Source of the DNA: Trichosphaerium sp. ATCC 40318
Lineage: Eukaryota > Protista > Tubulinea
NCBI GenBank assembly: GCA_038496445.1
Contig: JALMLS010000596.1
Location: 62,001-126,000, forward strand
Length of the DNA: 64,000 nucleotides
Direction: 5' to 3'
This document shows positions 40,827 through 54,028 of the stretch, piece after piece. A model generated the notes under the pieces. The model had not been told where the DNA came from. It ran no database searches and saw nothing but the letters and a program-made list of their open reading frames with translations. The position numbers were made by a program, and so were the translations under genes. Numbering within the stretch: the stretch's first letter is position 1; the number at the start of each line of letters is the position of its first letter.

Positions 40827-42291
40827 GGTATATTGTCGTAGATATGAATTCAGGTGATATTTCAACTCGGACAAATACGCGACTTCTAAAAGTGCGAATT
40901 TGCTTGAAAGGAGCTCTATGCAGTCACGCCATGTAGTTTTGTTTTGTGTCGGTTTAGCTATTGTACGAACAAATTGTACGCGGTAAAACTGTATGCACCA
41001 ATTTTTACACGCGTGGACCTATCGAATAGGCAGGTTTACCAATGGGTACGTTGACTAGATGAGTTTTGAAGCGTAAAAGCATACTACAATCTCACGTGAA
41101 TAAACAGTGCGAAATACTTACGAAAAAACCTATTTGCTCTAGTGCGCGTGCTTTTACAGCGTTGACACGGCTACAAAGAGTATTCTACTCATCACGTGAT
41201 GTTTTCTAAGGCCGACATTACTCGTACGACGAAAAAGTGCTTGATGTTGGTATGGAAGGTACGAAACTATTTAACTTAACTTTGCTCGTTGAAATCAGAA
41301 AACAATTTCCTCGCGTCAAGTGTTTGGCATTTTGTAGCATACTTCTGCCACGCAGTCGCGTATTACAGGCAACAGTTGCTAGCCTCGCACTTGCTAATAT
41401 TTTGATATTACTAGCCCTGGTGGGCTTCTAACTCAAGCACTTGAATCTCTAGGTCTTCATGTTGATAGCGGCAGTCAATGCACAAAATCTCGTTGACTGT
41501 GTCGCAGTGAACGATTAGTGACGGTGTTACACTATATCTTGTTGTAGTTATACTAAGGGTATTAAGGGTACTTGTTTCGTAAATATAGCTCGTGGTACAA
41601 AAGTGCAGTATGTGTCTCTTTGCGCCATCTGATGTGTTTGACTAGCGCATTCACACATCCTAGCGTGTAGTACATCGATCGGGTTAATGTTTGTTACGTT
41701 GGTTGTATTTGTCGTGTCACGTGTTATTCCTGATACACAAACGTGATACGGTTTTTTCACTTTTAAAAATAGCGTCAGACTGCTCACCTTTCTCCTTTTG
41801 AATTTGAGGCGTAGGCACGAACACTACAGACAGTAGAAAAAATTTGCCTAAAGATTTCAAGATTGTTCACTAACTATTTGGTTCAGCATATAAAATAATA
41901 TCATATGACGCATAAAAAAGCACTCATGTATCTTTTACCATGGTTACGCTTTTTGTACTTTTGTATGACGGTTACGGAGATGTGAACAAATATTTCTCAC
42001 CCAAATGGAGATGACGCAAGACAATTTTGTGTACATTACCATAACAGATTTATGGAAATAGTTGGTAGAGTCAGTAAGCTGCCTACAGTTTTTTTTAGCT
42101 CTCACAAGTTTTTTTTGTTTCAGATTCTCCTCAATGTCAAAGAGGCCTAATATTAGTTTCTAAGCTATATTAACGCTATTTCAGAACAGTTCTATACTTG
42201 TATCACAATCACACTAAGTTTGTGTAGCGCTACAAGGTTGAAAACTCAGAAGTTTCATTTTTTTCCAAGTTCAAAATTCAAAACAGTCAAC

Positions 42292-45200
42292 ATGGGCGGA
42301 GGAAGCAGCAAACCAGAACCAAAGCCACCAGCGCCAACAGAGATTATTACGGCTAACGATGCCGGTGAGATTAAGATGTATGCTCACCCGGACTTCCAAG
42401 GCAGTTGTTGGAGTTTTAGTTCAGCGGCAAGGACAATATCAGGTGACAATCAAGTCTCATCCATTCGTGTGATCAAAGGTACTATAGAGTTTAAACGCTT
42501 TGCTTAAATAGTATCTAGGCTATTGGGTTCTCTACGAGAATTCTGGGTTCACTGGAAAGCGGTATTTTTGCCATGAGACAGGCGGACCACTGCGTGAGTT
42601 TTTTTTTTTTTTTTCAAAAAACTCAGAAACAAGCTTCTTCTTTCAGTCTGAAGTTTGTCTTAGGAGATGGCAGATACCCTCACCCAGGAAAAGATGGTAA
42701 ATTTTTCTTCAGGGGTGACGTTATCAGTAGTGTTCAACCAGTACGTCAAAAAAGTTTACTTTGTCTATTTAAGGATGTAACGTTTGGTTTCTTTAGGTTT
42801 CTCGTGCTGTTGTACAAATGTTCATTGGAGGCGACCAAACCGCTTACGATTTGTATGTGTCAGACAAAGTTGCTCAGTCTCATGATGCGTACACATCTAT
42901 AAGGGTTCACGGTAAGTCTTTAACAGCTTTTGTTTTAAAGCACTTGTTTAACATCATTTGTAGGCGGTGCTTGGCGTGCTCGAGAGTACCACAGGTCATC
43001 AAGAAATGGACAACTCTGGGTACAAAGCGAGGTATTTTGAAGAAACAACTAACATCCAGTAGGATTTCCATGCAAAAGGCGGAAGAGGTTTGAACTAAAG
43101 CACAATTCACATCTTGTTCTAAAGTGGTATTTAGGTAACAATGCGTTTTATGATGCTATGAAAGGAGATTTTAAAAATGATTCTATTTCTGATGTTGAAT
43201 TTCTTGGAGAGGATTATATCGCATGTTACGCTGAAGAAAACTTTAAAGGTATGAAGCATTGTTTTTTATTTTGTTTTGATTGTCAACTTTTTTACCTTCT
43301 ATTTTAAGGCCGTTGCACGTGCTACGGAAAAAATGCCTCATATGCTTATGGCTTCAAGTCTTGCATTGTAGGCGGACAAGGAAGTTGGTTACTGAAAGCT
43401 GAGGACTCTATGTTCTACGTGAAGGCAACCGGAGGTGATAAAGGTGACGGGCGATACCCAAGTTCATCATTTTGGGCAGGCGCTAAGATTAAGTCTGTCG
43501 AAATGTACCAACGTACGATTAATAAGTCGAACAACCAGGTTCTAATACGAAACCTTAGCTTCTGAGGAAACCCAACCTGCCATTATCTTCTACAACGACC
43601 CTAATTTTGGAGGAAAAGGAACCTTGCTTCAAAGCGCATGGGGTGCTGGTAGTGTTGTTACATACGGTACAAAAACAACTGGAAGAACTGAACCTTACAC
43701 TTTACATAGGCAGTAAGATTCTGATTGGTGCTGTTGATACTCCGTTCTTTTTGTGGTCCAAGAAGCAGCACTATAGAACAGGTTCAAAGCAACAAATGGG
43801 TAAGTGCATATGCACTTTTACTTGCATCTGGTTGTAACTCATTTCTATGATAGTCGCTCTTATGGGAGGTAAACAACAATCATGGATTGTAAGACCTTAC
43901 ATGGGAGAACCTAACAAGAAAGGTCCAGTCAAAAGTGGAGATTTGATAAGACTTTGGCATGAGACACGTACTTGCGCTTAACTCAACTGTTATTCCTACT
44001 AATGTCCCTTTAAAGGCGGTTACCTTCACAGCCACGAAGGACATGATAGTCCACAACGCTCTGGACAAGAGGTTACTGTGTGGGAAGGATACGATCACAA
44101 TGATCAGTGGGTATTCACTCTCGATGATTGTAAGTACTGATTGTGTGGTGCTATTGCTAGATTGCTAACGCTTTTTTAAGCACCTGTATGGACGCCTCAT
44201 TCTACGTTTAAGTTGAGACATAAATCAACAGGGAAATACCTAAGCTTCACAAACGTGAATATGAGCCAAGCTCCAGGGTCTAAGGAGGTACGATTAAAAA
44301 AAGCTTATTTTTTGTTGCTGACGTATTTGTGAAGGTTTGTGCTGGTTCTGGATCAACGAAGTGGGAATGTACCAGGATTGTTGAGCATGCTGGTACGCTA
44401 TAGTGTATGCATCTTGCTTTCATTGTGCTTATCCGTTTTGTACTAGATGATGGTTCACTCGACAACGTTTTTTCATCCGCTCAAGTCATTAATGGAACAT
44501 GGATAGCGTATGATAAGAAAAACCAGAGTGGAGACTTCGTTACGTTTGCTTCCGATGGTGGAGAATCCGCACTAACTCCGGACGTAATTACTTATGGTGC
44601 GGTCGCTTATTAAAACACTTGAATTAACAAATTAAAGGGTCCAAGCTTCGCTTGAAACACAGTGCTCAAAAGAAATACCTCACTGGCGGTTCACTACACT
44701 TCCCAGGAGATAGAGACTACTACAGAGAGGGTACGGTAACAGCAGCACTTACACATAAGCTTACGATCGATTCGTAGTGTTCTGTATTCCAGAAAAAACT
44801 GAAGAATCCGTTTGGATTGTATGTGGTGAGTATGGTACAAATGAACGAACAGGTGAACCTATCGCAAATGGAAATGTACTTCGTTTGAAAAACGAAGAGA
44901 CAGGCACGTGCTATCACGTGATTGTTTTTTACCGTCTAACTTCTGTACTACAGGGTTTTTTCTTAGTAGCAAATCTGGTACAGAAAGTGTCATGAGCAAA
45001 CAACAAAAGGCGTATGTATACGATGGTAGGGAGCGCGATGATGCCAATCTGCGCTTGGAGTTGAGCAGCAACACGTCATGGACAATTGGTGCTGAGTGTA
45101 AACTTATTCATGTTGAAACGCACCATGCTTTGCACAGTCATAGTACAGAGTATAAAACCACATTCCATGGAAGAACCACTACAACACAAGAGGTACTAGT

Positions 45201-48200
45201 AAACTGGCATTACTAGGTAAGTAACACTTGTAGGTTACATTCCATACACACCGTGATCACAACGATATGTTCATTGGTGATGACATGCTGTACCAAGCAC
45301 GTTCTGCTCATGGTACAACTTTCCGTAGCTTATCAACCAAACGCTTACTCAGTTTATTGTAGGTAACGGAAGGTATTCAACACTTCCTACAAAGCTAGAT
45401 AATAAGATTTCGGCTGTATCTCCGTTGATTTATCCTCTTATTGAACTGTATGATGAAGAAGCTTTTGATGGTCAAGTTGAAAAGCATACATCAGCATCTT
45501 CCCATCTAGAAATGGAATCTCATAACTCAATCATTGTACGCAATGGAACTTGGGCTGGATTTACAGAAGTATATGGAGGTGAAGCGTACCTCTTGGATCG
45601 CTTTGGAGGTCCTGGCCGTAAGTATTTTTAGCAATTACAGTTGTACTAATGATTTCTTTCTATAGAAAATGGTCACTACCTTCACGCTGAAGACTGGGGT
45701 GGTATGCCATCTTTTAAGAGTTTGATGCTTTTGTCTTGGGATTATAGCCTCATAGAAGTCTTTTCTGAGCCAGATTATGGCGGTGTGATGATGCAGTTCA
45801 TAAGCACTCATCACAAGATTCCTCTTGATCACACTGTTGGTTCAAGTACGCCTACATTACAGTTTACTTTCATTTTCTCACTGTGACTATAGTTCGTGTC
45901 ATTAGAGGTACATTTATCTTGTACTCCACACAAGATTTGAAAGGACAATCCTTTACTGTTTCAGCTTCAGATGGTCCTAGAGGTACAAATTAAATGTCAA
46001 GTAATTTCAGTACTAATTACTATACTAAGGAGATGGACGTTATAGTGAAGCTGACGATTGGGGTGGTGCGGAAGTTGTTATCAAGTCTATCGAGTTGCCA
46101 GATGATACCTTCTACGCTGCACGTGGACTATTTATTCAACTCGTTTCTTACCTTTTTCTTTTGCACAGGCCGTTGTTTCTGGATCAAAGGTACAGCTTAA
46201 CCACCTTGACAGCGGAACGCACTTAGGAGAATACGAGATCATAAGGCACGCAAAGTTTATCTTAGAACTGTTGTACTTATGCTTCTTTAGGGAAGGTGAT
46301 CGCCCTGTTAGTTTCTACCTATCAAACGGTATTATAAACGGCGATGAAGTGTACCTCAGGGAAGATGATGAATATTTCACTTGGAGAGGAGAACCAAGAG
46401 AAGGGCTTGAGCGTTTCGAAACAAACAGAAGCAAACCAGAACCTTGGATAATTAAGATTGCAGATAATGGCATGTTAGCTTCTCATACGCGCTTCACTCT
46501 ATCTCCAAAGGGTCATGATGATCTCTATCTATCGTATGAAGACCGCGGTAAGTTGTAATAAGCTAGCACGTGCAGTATTTTATGTTGATTTTCTGTTTAG
46601 ATACGGTTTTGTTGCCTATGCGTAAAGATCCCTACGAACATGACTTCATTGCCGCTAACTACCGCGCTGATGACTTGGATATAAGACTTGAGAGATTCGT
46701 CGGGTATGATCGTGGCGATGATGCTACATTCTTCGATGATGGTCCTGTTCTAAGAGAAGAAGTCCTCACCGAAATCAGAGCTAGCAAAGACTTTAGAAGC
46801 TACCAACTTGTGTATGTTTGTTTCTTGCTTCTATAACAAGTTTCTAACGTTACCAAGATACTCATACATTGATGGAAAAGGTGTAACACGTTTGGCACCA
46901 TCTGAGAAACGTGGTAACCAACAATTGGAATGTGACCAAAGGTGAGAATCAACGTACTGTTTCGTAATTTTTTCTTACCGCTTCGTTTTTTTCTAGGATG
47001 AAGGTCAATGTTACAGACCCTAATCTCGAAATTGAAATATTCTATGAAAGTAATAGTATTACGGGTATCACTATCGGGTCTCAAAGTTTGGGAAGCACTA
47101 AAGGAAGAGTACGAAAAATACAAAACAATAAACAAAAAATGCTAATCTTTGTTTGTCTTTAGTCAAGATCTTTCGACATGGATAAAGGAAAGCAATTCTG
47201 TGGATTCAGAGGATATCAAATGGATACTCACATAACAAGACTTGCGATTCAATACCGTATGGTTAAAGGAAGTGTACGTACTTACCATATAATTGTGATA
47301 GCCGATCGTTACTTACTCCAAAAAGGGATGGCTTGCTCGCTACTTCAAAGAGAAAGGATGTATTGGAGAAATGTTTATTGGCGTTAAGACTTTGGAAGAG
47401 CCACCACCATTTACGTACCAGAGTGCTCTACTGACTGGATCATTCCGCTCTCGACAGAGAATGGACAAACCAAAATTCTGTACGTATTCATCCAATACCA
47501 AGTTCATAACCTCAAAGTTCATTACCAAATGTTTGAATCTGTATCGTTCGCCTGAAAAAGTTCGTTTGTGCTCAATTGTACTTATTGATTTTTACTCTAG
47601 CACTTGAAGGTTGGAACACATCAAAGTCAAAGATAACAGTTGACAATCAAGTTGTCAATGAAAACAATGCTGACAAGACTCATAGCGTAAAAGTTTTTGA
47701 TGGATCTGTTCATGGTGTATCTGTATACATGGAATGGAACGCTGCAGACAAGCACACCGGAACATTTAAGGTAATGCGCTAGCTATTAACAATACCTATC
47801 TTTTACTAATGAATCAATAGATTAAAGAGGGTAGCGCTGGATACAATGTCGAAACTAAGGATATGTACCCTGGCATGACTGAGCGTGATGTATTGAGAAG
47901 CTACTTGCTTAACATGCCCCCAACAAATGCTTTTGGAAGAGCTTTCATCGCTGTTTTGTTGACAGAAACAGATACTTCTGCTGAAACTGTTGCTGTTCAA
48001 AAGACATTCGCAGCCAATAAGAAGCTTATTCAAGTTCTTACCACTAACTGGATGGAAAACGAAAAGGAAGCAAAGTGCGTTCTCCAAACAAATCAACTAG
48101 TAGTGTATTAACTTATTACCTAAAGGAACTACTTGTTTGACAACATCATGGGCGCTATTGACGAAAAACTACAAATAGAAACCTTCAGTACGTTCCAGAT

Positions 48201-50249
48201 TTGGATCTGATTTATCACGTGTTTAATGCTTTTCGTAGAAAAGACTGTTGTTGATAAAAAGCATTACGTTGTTGCTGATGATGTCCGTCTCTCTGAGGTG
48301 ACGTCTTGTTATATTCTGCAAATTCTTACTTTTTCTGCAGGTACTTAAAGTCAAAGAATACAAAGACCTTGCTTTGGGTTACCTTGGTGTTATGGCTTAC
48401 AACTCGGATCCTAAACGCTACAACATGATCAATAAGGCTAAGATCAATAAAGACATGGCAGCCATGTTCAAATCTAAGTGGGCAATTGATGGTAAGACAA
48501 TAGATATTGCAAAAGAAAGAACTCACTCCCTTTACTAGAAACAAAACGTATCAGCGATATGCTAAGAACCAAGTACCAACCTCAAATGGCATTCTCTCAA
48601 GTTTCCCCCCAAGAAGTGAGCCACTATGTGGATGACATTGGTGCTATTCTTGATACACCAACATTCAGGTACATAAAGACAGTTATAACAATTCCCTAAG
48701 CACTACTCCAGATCTACCTTTATGAAGATGACGACTTCTGATCAAATTGAAGCTGCTAAAGCTGTTATTACAGTATTCACTGCTTTGGAGCCTAAAGTAG
48801 AAAAATGGGAACCTTATCTTCGTACTATAATGGCCCTAGTATCAACCTCACGTACGGCTTATCGCAGTGTATTGATTCATTATTACTCACACGTGTTAAA
48901 GATGAAATGAGCTCAATGGAATCTGTAATAGCTGCTCTTGAAAGAGACGAGCTAGCATTCAGAAAAGCCTTGGCGGAAACTCTCGGTGGAGTACGTATTT
49001 ATCCAGAATTCGAGCAAAATCTTACATCGGAATCAGATAGGTGACGCTGAAAAGGAACAAATTGTAGTGTGGAGTAAACTATTCGGATACTCAGGTAACC
49101 TCTTTTACTCTTTACCCCAATTAACTTCTTTCAATAGCACCTGCGTTTACTGAGGCTGCAGAATACTATATCGACTGGTTTGTTGGTCAAGTTACCAGCA
49201 ACCCAAACAAATACAGGACAAGTACGTAAAAACTGTTTATCTAGATTTTTCTTTCTGTTTTTTTTCTTTTAGTTTTTCTGTTGTTTTTGTTTTTGCTAAA
49301 ACAGGTTGTCTAGGCAAGGGAAGACAAGCTCTGCAACAAGATTTCGATGATGCAGTTGAAGGATTTCAGCTTAAATGGGCTCAAAGGAAGAGTATGGTAA
49401 AACTCTTTGCAAAAGTAGCTGCTATTTCTGGTATTATCGCTGTAGGCTTTTCAGCCAACTTTGATACGCCAGTGAACTCTGCGTACTTTGGTGTTAGCCT
49501 CGCTGATGGTATGTACTATTTCAAAGTCATTTATCAAAATTAAAACGCTGTGTAGCTATAGCGAATGCCTCAGAAAGCATAACTAGCTTTGCTACTTATC
49601 TGGATGATATTCTCGTAAAGTACAGCAAGACAATGCAAAAACTCCATAACAAAATATTGTCTCCTTTGAAGACTGTTATAGCTAAGGCTGGATCTAAAGT
49701 AGCTTCAAAAGCAGCTGCAATATCGGCAAACTTCGGAAAATTGGTGCGTAATGAGAAGACTTCTTTGAGTAATGCTTTTTTTCTTACTTTTTTCGCACAG
49801 ACCGCAAATCTTGGAAAGCACGCTGGTAAACTGTTAGGACCTACTCTCGGCGTGATTGCATCTGCATTTTCGTTTTACTACGCTTGGGAATCGTTTGAAA
49901 AGGGTGATATTGTAGATGGAGCTCTTAATGTTGTTGCCGGAGTTGTTGGAGTACTAAGTATGTTGAACAGCTGGTATTAGATTGAAACTAATGTTCGTTT
50001 AGCTGGAGTACTTGCTGGTATTAATGCTGTTACTGGATGGATGCCTGGTATCAATGCTGTAATGGTTCGTTAATTGTTTCTTGGTTCTTTCTGTTTTGCT
50101 AACTTTTTATCAAGGCTGTGGCTTCGCTTTTGGTTCTTGTTGCTACTCTGTTATGGACTTTTGTATTGAAGCCAAAGAAGAAGCACGAGTTAGTTCGTCA
50201 ACTGAAACTCAAAGGATGGGCAACATCAGAATTGAAAGAAGATTACTAA
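42292..50249 (+). CDS. Giant predicted N-myristoylated beta/gamma-crystallin + MIR + jacalin-like + PA14-like protein with hydrophobic, pore-former-like C-terminus
   Basis: A continuous spliced reading frame across more than 35 short introns from MGGGSSKPEP to KEDY*. Crystallin motifs (MYAHPDFQG..DNQVSSIRVIKGYWVLYENSGFTG). MIR motifs (SGDLIRLWHETRGYLHSH..QEVT). Domain names are by motif recognition only. Confidence 0.8.
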
Positions 50250-50490
50250 GGGCTAAGCTATCTATAATAGCAAACATTCAACGCAATAAATCTCTTTCCT
50301 TTCATACTAGTCGCTTACTCCAACAATTATTTTTGGAAAACTCAAGAGGTGATGGCATTAATATGAAAAGCATTGTTGAAAACAAGCCTTACAAAGAGGG
50401 AAACATTGAACGATACAGAGTGATACATAGCACAGAGTGAGCATTTTGTGAACAAAAAAAACCAAAAGCAATTAAGTGAAATGTATTTAT

Positions 50491-50960
50491 TAATTAAGAC
50501 GTGGTAAGGAGTCGAAAGAATGTTTACCTAATTTAAAGATTACTTTGTTAAACACTTATAGCTTTGGACTTACCTTTTAAATTACTGATATCTACCCTAA
50601 CAATGGCTCCTTTGGTTGTTACACAGAATAGAATAGGAGCACCTGAGTGATAGATAAGCATAAATCATAGAAACATTCCAATACAATCAGATAACGGACT
50701 TACCTTCAAAAGAGCAATTTTTAATAGGGTCTTCGTGGTTTAACCCACCGTAATGTAAAGAAAGCATCAATTGCGGTTCAATATGTCCGCAGGCAGCAAC
50801 CGAAACTGTAACAAAAAGTAAGAGATTGATAAGCTTGTCATTCAAAACATCTTTGTTTGCAGCAACTTTTTGATGAACGTACTTAGAGCGAGGAAGCAAA
50901 TGAGATATAGATTGAGATACATCGTTGATTAATAATGAGAAGTGTGGCTGATGTTGTTGT
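50491..50960 (-). pseudogene. Spliced gene fragment or remnant, unknown product
   Basis: Three consecutive in-frame exons with GT-AG introns (..HEDPIKNCSFE/GAPILFCVTTKGAIVRVDISNLK/VIFKLGKHSFDSLPRLN*). No consistent upstream start found. Confidence 0.3.
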
Positions 50961-51240
50961 AATTGTTAAAAGATGCAACTTAAAATATGTTTTCTCGCTT
51001 AACAAAAAATCAATCAAATCTGATAACTTTCGTCAACAATCCGATTGACTGCTGAGGCCACTCCTTGAATACTTGATAATGAAAAACCCTACCTATGAAC
51101 TATCAATCAGGGCATCAATCACAAGAACCTTTCAATCATTTTCGACTTGTTTTCAATCTCAGTTTTCATTTTTAATCAATCACTAGCAACAAAAAATATG
51201 GAATAACAGAGAAAATATCTGTACAAAGTATTGCTTTATT

Positions 51241-54028
51241 TTAAGTGCGAACAGCTAAGTAGTTCCCACTGTAATGTAAATCAAAGAATTTGATAATACT
51301 CTTTGCTAAAGCAGCCCCAAAGGCTGGCCTAAAATTTACTTAGAAGGAAAAAGAATATCTTCTTATACACAGGATAAAGCATATCATAATATGCAATTAC
51401 GTACATTATTTTATCTTTTCGAACACGAAGTTCTGTTTCTACTTGAAATCCACTAATACAACCATGTACAAGAGAACCATGACTAAAAATAAATTAGTCA
51501 AAAACACAAAAAATAAAATCGTACCGTTTGGTGTTGTAACCCCCCGAGTAAGGCACACAATAATCATGAGGTTCAGGAACCTAGAGAGTATTTATAAATT
51601 ACAGGGGACCCAATATTGCAAAATACAAGAGGAACACAAGATAAAGTCAAAAGACAATAACAAGTAGAAAAAAAAAGTAACACCGTGAATATTGTCTTGT
51701 ACGCTTACACATGCAAATCCTGAATCAGCCATCATCCCAGTTATACTGTTGGGTCCAGTAACTGCTTTTATAATCTCTTCATTACTTTTACCGCGAAAGA
51801 TATTCTTTAAACTCAGCCTCAATACTGAATCTTCCGTCAATTTAGAAAAATCTTGAATACAATATCCAATTTGAGATGCCTATGTATGCGTTAGATAAAA
51901 CCATCAAAAAATGTTATCTTACTTTATACGAACACCCATGTAAATCGACATAATGCCCACACTTAAATGCTTTTGTAATCTTGTGTTTTGCAATCTCTAT
52001 GTACGAATGAAATTCATGCCTTTTGAATAAAGTCAATGAAATTACAAACAATCAGATATTAATTAATATTGAACACACTTGTTAAATCATAACGTACCAT
52101 GCTTGTTCTGCATATGGTTGATACTGCGCTGCTTCTTCCAAATTTCTATTTGCGTCCATTCTGTTTCTACGTAAGTGGCAAATAATCTAAAACTTTCGCG
52201 TTATTTAAAGCAGAAAAAACAAGTTTGAGTTACGAGCTCAATACTGGTTAGATATTTGAAAGCAAGCATATCTATACAAGGTAATCTATACTATTAGATA
52301 AAACTGACAACGCACAATATGAGGGACGCATGGTACATTTTTTTCAGTACAATCTTTAAGCATACAATGTGTAGCAAAACCTTTTACTATCTCACAAGCC
52401 AATTCACGTGTTTTAACATCTGTAATCATGCAACCTTTAGTACGCTTTGGTATTTCAGGAGGACAAAGATTACCACCATGAGGTACCTAAGCAAAGGTCA
52501 ACAAACCCAACACGCCGCGTTGAAAAAGAAAAAAAAACCCGAAGAATTACAAGTAACCTCTGTTCATACGTACAGAAATTACAATCGGAATATTTCCCGC
52601 TATATACTCAATATATTTTTTACGACCATAATACGTGTTTTTGTTGATGTAGTCGCACACTAAAGAAAGAAAAAAAATAAACAAAAAAAACTTCTTTTTT
52701 GTTTTAAGAGTTCAATCACGTGCGCTTTGTGTCACTGCTACATCGCATTGATAGATATCCAGGACCAATAGCGCTACTGTCATGCAAATATTTCTTGACG
52801 CACAGCCGTAGAACTGGCGTTTTGAGCATATAGTTGCGTAATATGTATTCTATGAATTTTTTCTCTTTTTTTGAACTTGCAACGTAATTATAAGCACGTT
52901 GAACAGTGAAATCTTCAAAATTAGGCTTCAGAGACATCCAGAAAATAGCAGAGAAGTCTTTGTTTTTTTTAGTTGTCCATTTATCAAGAATCGAACAAAT
53001 CTGATCGTCTCCCTCTGTAGTCCATTTTTTACCGTTTTTTACGGCGTATGAGAAGGTTGCTGGAGCTAAATTGTGGTGTAGAAGTTCATTAAGTTTTTTG
53101 GCCGGAAAAATATTATCAAATATTCCCCATTGTACTTTAGTTGTAGTGCCATGTATGAAATCTATGTAGAACATTACTACGTAGAACTAAAAACGTAAAA
53201 ACAGGAAAGAAGCGCCGGTTAGAGTCATTTTTTAGCAATTGACGCACCTAGAACGAGTTCTAGCGAGCCATCGTCCATTTTCCTTCGAAGAGTCAGTTAA
53301 ATTCGTCAACAAACGCTGTACAACGCAATGTAAGTCGCATCGCGTACCTGGAGAATTCAACAGGTACTACAGGACCATCATCACACCAATCTTTCACAGC
53401 AAGCGAACCAGCCAAAAGGTTCTCATAAAGCGATCCCCAACCTATCACCGCAACAGCCATTGCGGATATTGGCCTTTTGGTGTGTTGGAGAAAATTCTTT
53501 CGAACTTAACGCTCTGTGATACCCAATTCACTCGTAACATGGCAAAAACCCAACGACTGTTTAAATGCAATAATTGAAGAAAGTTTAGTCCGATTGAACT
53601 AAACCAACTTGTGAATGCGCCACTTTTCATTGTAAAGTTACTGACGAGGTCTTTGGTGAAAACGCTACCTTCGGCCGTTTTTTTTAGCAGTTGCACTTTC
53701 TCGCGTCGAAAACAGGTATATGACGCACCTTGCAGTATCCACGCCACACAACGTCCTTGTTAGCAATGTTACCCCATTATTTTACTACTTCTCCGCAGGC
53801 ACATCAGTACAACCAGGTTCATTCGTCTCTTGCTAGTAATTTCCTTTTAGAAATAATTGCAATAAAGATATTCAGTGTCGGAGACAAACGTACGTAAGGG
53901 AAAGTCACTATGTATTTTGAAAAGTCGCAGTATTGCAGACTCAACTGAATTACCGTTTCAAAATACAAAAAGAGGTCCAGATGTTGGAGATAAGGGACCT
54001 CTTTCGCCTCCTCCTGATCCTTGTCCAT
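51241..54028 (-). CDS. N-formylglutamate amidohydrolase-like (Zn-exopeptidase fold) protein with long unexplained N-terminal extension
   Basis: YIEYIAGNIPIVISVPHGG..IPKR..DVKTREL; MDANR; YVDLHG; SGGYNT; FQVE. Joining to upstream exons (52716-54028) is plausible but not fully resolved. Confidence 0.65.
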
